DNA of 64,000 bases from Cenococcum geophilum (taxonomy: Eukaryota), in contig CP158636.1 in NCBI GenBank assembly GCA_050273025.1, forward strand, positions 11,284,001 through 11,348,000, given 5' to 3'. Below are positions 27,901-39,500 of the stretch, in pieces. The first letter of the stretch is position 1. Every line of letters begins with the position of its first letter. Under the pieces are notes generated by a model, which saw only the letters and a program-made list of their open reading frames with translations, was not told the origin of the DNA and did not search any database. A program made the position numbers and the translations under genes.

Positions 27901-29069
27901 CAGTATATTATCGTTCCTTTATATATATATATCGTCTACTAGTCTTATACCTTTTACTATATAGTAACTCTACCTACTTCTATAGTCTCTAATATAATAA
28001 CCCTATTTTCCGTAATTTATATAAGCTCCTTCTTTAAACCATTTCTCTTGCTATAGAGTCCGCCTAAATGTCTTCTACTGTTAAGATCCCTAATTCAGCC
28101 TTTACTCCTTAGACCTTTAATTACTTAATCCTTATCCTCTAGGTTTCTATAGTTTACTCCATTTCTTATAGGCTTCTTTAGTACCACTTAGGTCTATTAG
28201 CTCTACGCTATACTATAGTTTCTAACTTAGCTTTTATTATTGCGTACTTTGCGCCTTATACAACTATAGAACTCTATCCTAGCCTTTCTTAGCCTATTCC
28301 CTTTAGTAGATCTAATTATTAATCTTAATCACCTAATCTATTAGTTCCCTTAGGGTGTCCGTATCTTCTATTAGGATAATTACATCCTAGACTTTAGCCT
28401 TAAGTCCCTATTTATACTATGCCATAAGCGCCCTATTATTCCACTTTACTCGTGTTATTAGTATCTAGAACTGTGTTATATGCTTAATTACTAAAGTTCG
28501 TTACATAAGGTTCTGAAGTTTTCTTTTTACTATAGTTGTTTCTTCTAGGTCTCCAAATATCTATATAAGTTATTCTATAAATCCTTCCCAGCTTAAGAAT
28601 ATAAATCGCACATCTTAGTTAGTGGTTGTTATTCCGTTTACCTATATCTCCATAAGGTAAGGTTTAAACCACTTAAGTACTTTCCCTAATAAGAATAGTC
28701 CTACGTAGGCTATCCGATCCACGGGTATAGGTAACTTTACTTCTTCCTATAAGACCTTAAAGTGTATCTGTATAAGGAATCCTTTAAGCTTTAACCTTTC
28801 TCCTATAAATCTCTTAATTAATAGTAGCTTAATCTTTACTACCCCTATTCCGTTAAGTCTTTCTTCTAATACTATATTATTAGCTGTTAGCTAGTTAACT
28901 ACCTCCTATAGCTATCCGACCGTCATAGGTTGCTATAAGTCAGTATCTGCTATACTAGTATCACCTCCTGTCCTTAAAGTAGTTGCTGCCGTTAATGGCG
29001 TCGTGGTAGCTGCTTTTAGTGGCATATTATTCGACTTCTTATATTAATACTATAACTAAGTAGTAATTA

Positions 29070-29494
29070 TGTAACGGAACCTTATAGCAAGAACTACGAT
29101 GGGCTCGTTATTAGGCTAGGTGTATAGGAAATGCAAGTATAAAAGTCAACAACATAATAATAACTGGTGGAGTAGTTGCCTAACAGATTAACTCTAATTA
29201 TATTCTGAGAATTACTATAAAGAAGGAACTATCTAGGTAGGGACTAAGGGTCCTTAAATACACAACCGTACTCCTATAAAAGTCGTTGCTTTATCTACTC
29301 TGTCTGCTCTATTTACTCTATAACAGATCTTATAGACTATATAGATTACACAGATTATATTACGTGACTCTGCTTACCATTCCTCGTTACATGGTTCCAC
29401 GGGTTCTATCCTAAACCGTGCTTGTACTAACTAACAAGCTTCTTCCGTCTCTTCTCCAAGTAGTCGTAATATCGTACTTAAAGCGTTCGTAATA
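29070..29494 (-). repeat. Gypsy-C copy 3 5' LTR
   Basis: Direct repeat of 21560-21984. Confidence 0.95.
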
Positions 29495-31125
29495 TTTAAG
29501 AGGTATTTTTGGCGGAATAGGGAGTGTAAGTAGTAACTTTTACCGCATATTATCCGCAGATAAATAGTTAAATAAAAAGATTAAACTAGACACTAGAATA
29601 GTATTTAAGGCACTATATTAATTACGTATAGAATAATTGGGTATTACTATTACTAGTTATATAGTTTATATATAACGCAACACTATAGGAACGAATAGGT
29701 ACTTTACTATTTAAGGCAAACTATAGATATAAGCTAAGAACATTACTATCGCTATATTAAGTAAAGAAGATAAGTAGTATAGCTAAGTAGAGAATAGAGA
29801 CTTTAATAAATCTTTATATAAACCTTATAGAAATAGCTAAGGTAGTATAATAAAGAATAAAAGGATACTATAACGCTAAGAGATCTAAGGGACTAGATCT
29901 TAAGGAGGGAGATAAAGTATAGCTACTATATAAAAATTTCAAAAGTTAACAACTAAGTAAGAAGTTAAACTATGTTAGATTAGGACCTTTTAAATTATAT
30001 AAAGAATTTTATCGCTTACATTTAAATTAAACTTACTAGCTAAAATAAAAATTTACCCTATATAGTATATTATAATACTAGAGCTAGTATATAGGAATAT
30101 TAAGCTACTAGTTTATAAAGCAGACACATATAAAGGATAAGAAGAGAATAAATAGTAAGTTTTAAAGATTATTAGTTATAAGGATATTAATAATAAAATA
30201 TAGTATAAGGTAAAGTGGATAGGCTATAATAAGACTACTTAGGAACTACTAGAGAACCTAAAAAACGCTATAGAAAAGGTATAGAAGTATTAAAAGAAAA
30301 TAGGTTGGGCAATATTAATAAAGAAGGATTGCTAAAAAATAAGTTACCTAAGGGGGACCTAGGAAGAGCAACTGCTAAACTACTTAGAGTTATTCCCTTT
30401 ACTATAGAAAAAGAGTTAGTTTTTTTATTACTAAGTTCCTATAGACCTTATTTTATAAGTTTCTACTCCTTAAAATAGACCTTTTTACGAACTTTCTTAA
30501 GACGGATTAACTAAGTAAACGTAGTAAGACGAAAGTTAAGAGCTCGCTATTAAGTATTAGCAGCCTCTCTCTTAGCGTTATAAGAATAATGAAGTTTAGC
30601 TAGGGCTATTAAGAGCTTATTATTAAGCTTTATAGTAATAGATTAAATATAAAACCCTATAATAAATTATTTAGGGAATTTAAAGACTATTAAAAGTTAT
30701 AGGACGCGTATACTTAGCGTTAGAAATAGAGTAAACGTTATAAGATAAATAAATATTTGCTTTAGTGCACTTTAAATATAAAGAGGGTTACTAGGAGGAA
30801 GGACTTACTAATATAATATAAACTAACCCCTCTTTCGCATAATAAGAATATAAAGATAGTATAATCTTACCTAATGATAATATTATAGCGACGGTACGAG
30901 ACTAACGGGCTATTAAAGAAGAAGAAGATACTTTATGTATAATAAGTAACAATATTAACCAAATTAACTAAATGGATATTATACCTCTAGTAAACAACTT
31001 AGAGATATTTAAGATCTTTAAGGATAAAGATAGAGAGAAGGGAAATAGTGTTATAGACGCTTTAAGTATAATATTATAACTACTTAGAGAAGAGTTAGAA
31101 GAAGCTAGTTAGTTAATATAAGCAC

Positions 31126-32055
31126 AGGGGCTTAATAAAATCGGCCTCTGTACCTCCACGCGGTGGAGCCCAGGAACCTAGCAGCTACTATTAATATTCC
31201 ATTTAGATTGTGTTAATAGACTACTAGAGTAAACGCAGAGACGTATATACGGCTGCGCAGCGCCTGCGCAGCGACGTGGTGGTAGGGTGAAAATTTTTCA
31301 CTGGGGGGTAAGCCCCAGTAAAAAGTTTGAGCATAGCTACCATGTCTATTATACACATTCGGTTATTCGAATTAATAAGCAATCATCCCTCCGGCGTACC
31401 CCCTTCCTCCTACAAATACTATATATACCGTATAGCAACCATATATATACGCAAACAATCCGCGCCCTAAGCGTAGCAGACGCCCTCTATTTTAACATTA
31501 CCTGGTAACCTAGGTATCTAGTTATAGGGACTGGTCCCCCCTAAATACTAGAGTATCCTCCTACACCTTATAAATAGGTATAAGGGCCTAGGTTTAGGCC
31601 CTAGGGCAAAAGCAATACTAAGTTATATACACCCTATTATAGAAACCTTTTAATAAAGGAATAAATAAGAGACCTCAGCATGCAGGCCCAGGTGGAGCGC
31701 AAGCGTTATTATTAGGAGATATTTACAGGAGACTTAGAAAAGGAGCTAGGGATAGGCATACGACTTTATATAGGCAATACACAGATATAGTAAAAATGGT
31801 TTAAGTAGCAGACGGGGTAAGATAGGCATTTTAGACACTCCTACGGAGTCTTAGAGCAGTAACCTGACGGTGTTTTTCCTCTTATTAATGTAGTACGGAT
31901 GCTATCTGGAAGTATTACCTCTTATATTTCCCCTAGAGGTTTTTTATACACCCAAAAAAATGGGGGTTTTCTCAGATAAGGAGGTTTTTCCTATAGGAAT
32001 TAGTCTGTGTGGACCTATTAGGGGGACCAGGTCGGACGGTAAATTGAATCTATTA
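31126..32055 (+). mobile_element. 930-bp non-autonomous SINE-like retroposon with ribozyme head and LINE-like tail
   Basis: 13-bp TSD ttaatataagcac (31113-31125 / 32056-32068), no TIR or LTR. Its 3' end (32003-32049) is homologous to the LINE 3' end (46525-46571). Confidence 0.88.
31127..31240 (+). ncRNA. HDV-like ribozyme (RIP-damaged) at the 5' end of the 930-bp element
   Basis: P1 GGGCUU/GAGCCC, P2 CUCUGU/GCAGAG, P3 ACC/GGU around L3 UCCACGC, GG, long P4 (CUAGCAG..CUAUUAAUA / UGUUAAUAG..CUACUAG), J4/2 GUAAA (expected catalytic C at 31230 reads T in a RIP-type context). P1 register is imperfect. Confidence 0.75.
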
Positions 32056-33012
32056 TTAATATAAGCACGGTTTAGGATAGGTCTAGTAGAACTATATAAT
32101 AAGAAATAGTAGTATAAGTTATATAAGGTGATCTATATAATCTATATAATTTATATAATCTATAATAGAGCAGATAGAGCACATGTATATTATATATAAG
32201 AAGGATTTTATAGGAGTATAGTTATATATTTAAGGACCTCAGTCCCTACCTAGATAGTTTCTTCCTTATAGTAATTCTTAGAATATAATTAGAGTTAATC
32301 TATTAGGCAACTACTCCACTAGTTATTATTATGTTATTAACTACTTGCAATACCTATATACCTAGCCCATTAACAGAACCTATCGTAGTACTTACTACAA
32401 GGTTCCGTTACACTAAGTATTAAAAGTATATTTAAATTGCCCTTAAACGCCTATAAGACGTAGGCTTATAATATAATATTAAGAAATATAAGTTCTACGT
32501 ATCCGAAGTTATATACTTAGGCCTAATTATATCCTATAATAGAATTAAAATAGACTTTAAGAAAATCGCTATAATTATAAACTAAGAAAGTCCTAGTAGT
32601 ATATAAGATATTTAAGGATTTCTAGAATTTGCAAATTTCTATTATTAATATATTAATTACTTCTTAAAAATTATTTAGCTATTAGTAAACTTAAAAAGGA
32701 AGAATATAAGATTTAAATAGATTACTAAATATAAATAAGCTTTTAACGACCTAAAATATTATTTTATAACTACTTTAATCCTTACCTACTTTAATCTAGA
32801 CCTTAAATATATCATTAAAACAAACTCGTTTAATTATATACTAGGAGGAGTATTATTATAATATAATAAGAATAGCGAGCTACGCCTAGTAGCCTTTCTT
32901 TCCTAAAAACTTACCTCTACTAAATTAAACTATAAGATATATAATAAGGAACTGCTTATAATTATTAAATGCTTTAAATAATAGCGTTTAAAACTTAAAG
33001 GATTATTATTCC

Positions 33013-33178
33013 TATCGGGAATGAGGCAAGCGGTCGTCACGTGACGCCGCGGCACTAGCGTGGCGAGGAGTTTTAAGCTCCTCGCCCTTCCTCATTTTAA
33101 TAAATAAGCTTTATTAACCAACATCACTATAACCTACTTAAGTAGTCGTTATTGGTAAGTCACCCTATGTAACTAATA
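33013..33178 (+). repeat. Copia 5' LTR
   Basis: Matches 41015-41180 and 59269-59434. Confidence 0.92.
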
Positions 33179-34456
33179 CTAATTAATGGTTAAATATATA
33201 GTCAACTATAGAGCAGCTAGGTTTTTAAATAGAAGAGATAGTCTTATATAGGGGTGCTATATGCGCTTATATGGAATGGATTCCGGCAATACTGTGCTAC
33301 TTTAGACTTAAGGAAAACTAGTAATAGAAGTGTTACTAAGTACTAGGAGATACCAAGTTGCGTCTATTACGCAGAACAACCGCGTTTACGAAGATTTGGT
33401 TAAGTACTTTAGGTTAGAAGTGTTACTAAACCTAGGGTCCTAAGTTAACGTCCAAAACGCGTTAAACAACTACCTTAACACCCTCCGTATACCTTCGTAG
33501 ATCTTAGGACCATAATCAATACCTAAATCCACCTACGCACATCTGCTATTATGGCGTTAACCTATCTAAAGAAGTATAAGAAGGATAGTAACCCGGAAAT
33601 ATAGAACACTAATATAATTGACTTTATAAACGCTAAGCAATAGGACCTAAACGGATTCTTATTATACCGTATAGCATACTACAAAGACAGCGAATATAAC
33701 GATACTATGCTATAGTACTGTATAAGGGAGGACTTTATTAGATAGATAAAGGAAATATAAACTCCTATAAAGAAGGATATTATATAAAACTTCCGTAACT
33801 TCTTATAGGAGTATAGAGTATTTATACCTATAGATAGGGGTACTATTAGAGATAATATTTAGGAGCAGGTTATTAACGTAAAAGAAGAGCATAAATGGAC
33901 TCTATAAGAGATTAAGCACCAACTATATACTATAAGGAAGCTCAACTCACAATAAAACCTAAGTAATATACCTCTAGAGACGAACCTACCTCTACCTTTA
34001 ACTCCTCTATATCCAATTCAACCCGTAACCTTAATGTTAGATACTATACCCCAACGAGAGCAGGCATAGGATCTCATTACTTCGCAATTTAATAACCTTT
34101 GGACTCTACTAACTAGACCTACGTCCCCACTATAGCCTATAATGCAACTCCCACCTCCTCTATCTTAATCTTAAATTAAAGGTAGTTTAAAATTACTTAC
34201 AAAGCTTGCGAAGCTCTACTTAGATTAGGAGAAGAAGTTTAGCAGGGAATTATACGATGTTCTCAATTTAAAACTACGTATCTTTTATAACTATTACTAG
34301 AAGGTAGGAATAGAGTCTAATTAATACCACAACGCCTATTCCGTTATGCTTAAGGGCTAAGCTAGTACCTTCTATTATAATTATTTAGCAGGAAAAGGAT
34401 ATAATTTTAACCGTATAATATATATATTAAGATGCCACTTTAAAACAGAAGAAAAT

Positions 34457-36559
34457 TTTTTTTTTTTTTTTTTATCCATTGTATTATACTACGTACAATA
34501 CTGCGCATGCAGCCTTGGGCTATGGCGCTATAGTTCTATATACATAAATCCTTTCTAGGCAGCTTAATATGTACTAGTAGCTATGTCCTAGTAGTTTATA
34601 AACCCCTAAATTAGGAGTTTATAGTTTCCTAGTAAAATACTAAGATACTACAACTACTAGGGAATGAGAAAATGGTAAGAAAAACTATAAGAAATCCTAA
34701 CCCCTAACCCTGTCCTTTTGCAATTTATTTCTGTCCTTTTGCTCTCTAATATCTTTTTAAGAGCCTAGTAGGAGTTGCCTCCTTCTAGAATCCTATCTGT
34801 TTTTATTCTTCCATAGAATCTTCCTCGCGTACTAGTTTAGCAGCTTTAAGAGTCTCGCAGTCTTTACTGTTAGCAAAGTGTTTTTCTTTACAATTAATGC
34901 AAAGAGGGGTGGTATGCTAGCAAGGCTTGCCTATTATTATACAGGTAGAACAGGAATGGTCTTTAGATAAATGTGCAGCCGCACAGTATCTGCAGGCCCT
35001 AGTAGAGCACCTGTCTCCTATATGGCCAAATTTTTGGCAGCTCGTACACTGCGTAGTAGGAGAGACTTCGAGGTATTTTACTACCTTAGTAGCTGTACCT
35101 GCAATTGATATCTCTTTTTGCTTAAGGATTTCTTGTCTTTTTTCTTCGTTTTCTATAGTAAAAACTATAGAGCCAAATCTGGTCTGTGGATCGTGTCTTT
35201 TTACACTAGATAAGATCCATCTAGGTAGTCCTTGTATCCTTATAGGATTAAAGGTCTCAATTTCTTCTTTTAGAAGCTTAGAGCCTCCTTCTCCTAAGAA
35301 CGGTAGGGTAGGAACCCCATGGGCTATAATTTGAACCCAAGGTTCTAGTTTTTGTTCTCTTTGAAAGGTAAAGCAGTTATGCCAGATTTCTTTGTATTTA
35401 ACTAGGAAATCCGCATTATACTCTTCCGTAGTCGTAAGGAGAATATTTCGTTTTCCTTTAGTTCTAGCTATGGATGCTAAAACAGGTTTTTCTACTTGCA
35501 GTTTTGATGCAAATAGTTGATTGACTTTGTTTCGTATAGAGAAGGTATCTAAAGGTTGGTCCTTTTGGTCTGTAATTAGGACTAGCTTTCTTTCTTATAG
35601 CTGCTTTTTCTTACTTCTAGTAGAAGTAGAAGGAGTAGGAGATGGTAATGAGGAGGGTAGAGAGGACGAAGTAGGGAGGCCCTTCTTTAGCCTCTCTGCG
35701 TAGGTTTCTTTAGTAGAGGCTACCTCCTTACGGAGAGCTCTTACTTCTTCGACTAGTCCTTTTAGGACATCGTTTGTCTTTTCTTTTCCTTTTATAAAGG
35801 GGTTTTCTCCTGCTAGGACACTACGTGTATAGTCCTCTAGCTGTTTAACTTGTTCCTTTTTATTTTCTTCTTCTTCTTCTTCTTCTTCTTCTTCTAGCCC
35901 TTTATAGGCCTGGGTTAGGCTATCTAGAGCCTTTTGTAGGTGTTGTTCTGGAGAAAGGGGAGAGAAAGATATACTATGTATACCAGCCGTGAAAGTCCTC
36001 ATTTTGGTTGTCTTTTTTGCAGGTTTTTGGTTTTCTTTTTCAGTAGAAGACTAAGGATGTCCTCTTTTTTCTCCTGTCCCAAATAGGCCAGGGGAAGGAA
36101 AAGGGGCAGAAAAAGTGGATGTAGATATAGACTCATCACTTATTTCTATAGGAGGTTTCTTTTTAGGCCTGCCGGGCCTTGGCATTTTGTAGGGGAAGTT
36201 TTCTAGTTTTTACTATCCTTATACCCTTTTTCCTTACTAATCCTACTAGAGGATTTCTGGGGAGATTAGGTTTAAAGGTAGTAGTAATACTAGACCCCTG
36301 GTATTGGTAGTGGTAGTAGTGGTAGTAGTTTTAGTGTTCCTGTCCGTGCCTCGCTTACAAGCTAGGACCACCCCTAAGAAGAATTTTCTGTTAGGGGAAA
36401 GGGGGTAAAACGACAATTAAATCCACCTATAGCTTGCTAAGCGGTAGGAATTGGGTCTTGAAAGTTGGAAAATCGATTGTTTTTGGTGGTAAGATGGGTA
36501 TGCGTAAGTTTTAAAGTGCGGCGCTACCTTTTGGTAAGGTTGCATGTGTGGTAAAAGGT
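34457..36559 (-). mobile_element. ORF1-only non-LTR retroposon, copy 2 (~2.1 kb), inserted in the Copia gag
   Basis: T18 tail at 34456-34473, 12-bp TSD acagaagaaaat (34445-56 / 36560-71); the empty site is visible in Copia copy 2 (~60772). Confidence 0.93.
34803..36185 (-). pseudogene. ~460-codon LINE ORF1/gag-like protein with three Cys/His knuckles; few RIP stops
   Basis: MPRPGRPKKKPP... is in frame with ORF 35595-36002 (acidic coiled-coil-like segment). C-terminal QCTSCQKFGHIGDRC / CRYCAAAH / CINCKEKHFANSKDC is typical of fungal Tad1-type ORF1. Confidence 0.85.
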
Positions 36560-39500
36560 ACAGAAGAAAATAAGTAGTAGTATATATTAGAATAGAGAGA
36601 AACTACCTTCCTAAGGATTATTGCTATAAACCCAGGTGTCCCTTAACTTAATTATCTTTAAAAGCTCTTTAATTAACTTTAGACAATTTAGTATAGTTTA
36701 TCCGAATTATATTAAGAGGATTTCAGCCTATATAATTAAGTTATTAGCGTATACTAAGGCGTTAAAGAATACAACCTTACTCTCTTTAATCCTATAAATA
36801 CTTATAAAGGAGTATATGCTTAATTAAGATCTTCTATTAGCACCGCTCTACGCTCTTAAGAAGTATAGCAATTTACTACCTAACTTTAACCTACTTCAAT
36901 CGACCCGCCTAACTAATATAATTATAACTAGACTAATCGAATATATAGTAGCCGTAGTAGGTAATACGGTAGAGGGTATAATTAACGACTATAAGGTAAA
37001 GGTGGAGGTCTTTATAAAGGTTCATTTTAAAGTAATTACTAGAAGAAGTGCTATGTTTATAAGAAACTAAATTGCTAGTTAACTAGGTATTCTTTTAATA
37101 AACAAAAGAAGGTATATAATAAGTTTCGCTAAAGTATAAGAAATATTAGAAATTATAAAGTTACTATAGCCTACTTCTAAAGCTTCCTAGTTTAATATAA
37201 AGGCGTAAAAGATCTTAAGGGTAAGGTTAATAAGGCCAAACAGCTCCTTATAGATATAGAAATTAAGGACTACTCTCCTAACCAATACTTTACTAAGTAT
37301 AGTAAGGTAAATAGTATATAAACCGTTACTATTCTAATAACTAATTTACGCTCCATTCTATTATAAAGTTAGATATCTTTAATAAGCTAAGGGAGAGTTC
37401 TACGTTCTCCTTTAATGACAGATACTTAGCGAATGTCTTCTATAGTATTATACTAGATACTGAAGCTACAGGAGTATCTATAGTAGGAGAACCTTAAGTT
37501 CGAGCCCTTTAGCAGCTTAATAGCTCTGTTTAGGTTGACTATTTAACGGCAGGCTAATATACAATTCGTTTTAGTAATAGTACTATAATCTCTCTTAGCA
37601 TAATTAGGGTCCAAACCCCCTTAGGGCATATTACTTTCTATATTATTCCCATAAATACCCTATTTTTATTTTGCATTAAAGATATAAATAAATTAAGTAT
37701 TAAGCTTAATAACCTTAAGAATATACTCGTTTAGGGAGATAATTAAGTACCCGTTATACGCAAGTGGGGTTACCCCTAGTTACTCCTTTATTAACTAGAA
37801 AAGAGTATTACTTAAAGCCATTTAACTAAGTTAAAGTTACGTCAACTACACTATTGTTTTAGCCACCCCTCCGTTTACTAATTACTTAGGGTTCTTTAGT
37901 AAGTAGGCTATAAAGTTAAGGTTAAGGCAATTAAGTACCTTATAAAGTACTACTATTACTACTAAATAAACTAGAAGTCCCCTGGCCGATTTAAGTTCAC
38001 CTTTAAAAATAACTATAACTTTAACTTCTATATTATTGTTAACGTTATATATCTTAGCGGCAAGCTAGTACTCCAAATTATTAACTTTTTAACCTTCTTC
38101 TAAGCCGCACGTTTCTTAAAGAATATATTAGCTAGAAATGCATAGGATACCCTATAATTATACTAGATTAATATCTACCTAGGACCCCCTAATTAAATCG
38201 TCTATAATGTAGGAAAGAACTTCTTATTTATAGAGTTTTAATAATAGATAAAGGCAATAGCAATTAAGGTTAAGGAAGTCCCTATTAAGGCATATAATAG
38301 TATTAGAAAAGTAGAATAATATTACGCGCCATTACGCCGCGTATATAAGATTATTTCTTTAGAACTAGAGGACGTTAATAAAGAACTTACCTTACAAATG
38401 GCTATTAAAGCCGTTAATAATTCCGCTAGCCTAGATGGACTCATACCTATATTACTTATCTTTAGCGCCTACCCTTAAATAACTAATAATTCTCTATTAT
38501 CTCCCTCCGTTATATAATAAGCTAAGGCTATTTATAAGGTAATAAAGGAGGTATAACATTTCTACGCTATACGCTAGGTTAACAATATACTAGAAATAAG
38601 AAATGGCCCAAATACCTTAACTACGCTTAATCTACTACTCTAGTCTAAAGTACACGTATGGCGTAAAAAGGGAGGGTAGTTAGGCCTACATTAACTTATT
38701 ATAATTAATAGTTAAACTTATACTATTTAGATGCCTTACAAACCCACTTAATTCTATTTAACTATTATTAAGCCTTACTATAAAGATAATAGTTCTAAGC
38801 CTTTATAGGATGCTATAGAAAATACCCTAAAAGAGAACTATAATTAACGTACTCTAGAAGGCGACCATAATCCTAATATAATTATAGTAGATACGCCGCA
38901 ACTATAACGCGGTAGAGGTCGCCTAAAGGGATTATAAAATTACTAATATCTTATTAATTTTAAAGAGCAATTTATTGCCGCTATTAAAAATAGAGTTAAG
39001 CTATTAATGGCATTTATAACAGCTAAGGGGAAGGCTGACTTTAAACTCGTAAAATAGCTCTAAAAAGAAGGTTATATTATAACTCTAGGAGCTCCTTTCT
39101 AAGTATCCAATAAGTAGGAGATTGATAGTCTTATTATAAGAGGAGTCTTTAAATTTAAAAAGTATAACCCTACTAAGTTTAATAGAGTTCGTATCTTTAA
39201 GTTAAGAATAGTTAACGAGATTAAGGGCAAAGCTACTAACGCCCTATTTAAGAAATTAAGGCCTATTATCTAAGGTTATAATAATAATAGCAAGGAGGTA
39301 ATTTTTATGTAATCTCCTATAATTTAATAAGCTAGTTAGTAAGTTATTATTACGCTAGCTCCCTCCTTAATAAAGAATAGAATGGCGGTTTATTTATAAG
39401 ATATTACTTAAGCCTACACCTAATTAGAGACGTACCTTTAGCGCTTAATATTAGTATACCTTCTGGAGCAAATTCGCCACTAGTATCCTAAAGATACGAT

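Larger units (their letters stand above)
21560..29494 (-). mobile_element. Gypsy-C copy 3, full-length and uninterrupted (7.9 kb), inserted antisense into the copy 2 integrase
   Basis: 425-bp LTRs at 21560-21984 and 29070-29494, TSD tttaa (21555-59 / 29495-99), PPT complement ccatctccctcctctt at 21985. The interior is the reverse complement of copy 2. Confidence 0.95.
18985..30335 (+). pseudogene. Gypsy-C pol (protease, RT, RNase H, integrase, chromodomain), split by copy 3
   Basis: LIDSG ~19102, LCIDYRQLN ~19766, YLDDIIIY ~20064, RNase H ~20500-20850, integrase 21120-21559 + 29500-, chromodomain ~30150-30290. Confidence 0.85.
15569..32412 (+). mobile_element. Gypsy-C copy 2, inserted in the Gypsy-A RT
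   Basis: LTRs at 15569-15989 and 31049-32412 (the latter interrupted), TSD ctaag (15564-68 / 32413-17), PPT agagagaagggaaatag. Confidence 0.92.
31049..32412 (+). repeat. Gypsy-C copy 2 3' LTR, interrupted by a 930-bp insertion
   Basis: tgttatagacgc...ccgttaca; the halves join to match 15569-15989. Confidence 0.9.

Noticed and set aside
31287..31508. 73-aa ORF in the ribozyme element
   Set aside because: GTG start, no recognisable motif; cannot be supported as a protein.
34927..35703. Plus-strand ORFs 34927-35334 and 35521-35703
   Set aside because: Shadow frames of the minus-strand ORF1.
36480..36559. Ribozyme at the 5' end of the ORF1-only elements (accttt/aaaggt pairing followed by GG in one copy)
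   Set aside because: No G1, P3/L3 or J4/2 motif; at most a simple hairpin.
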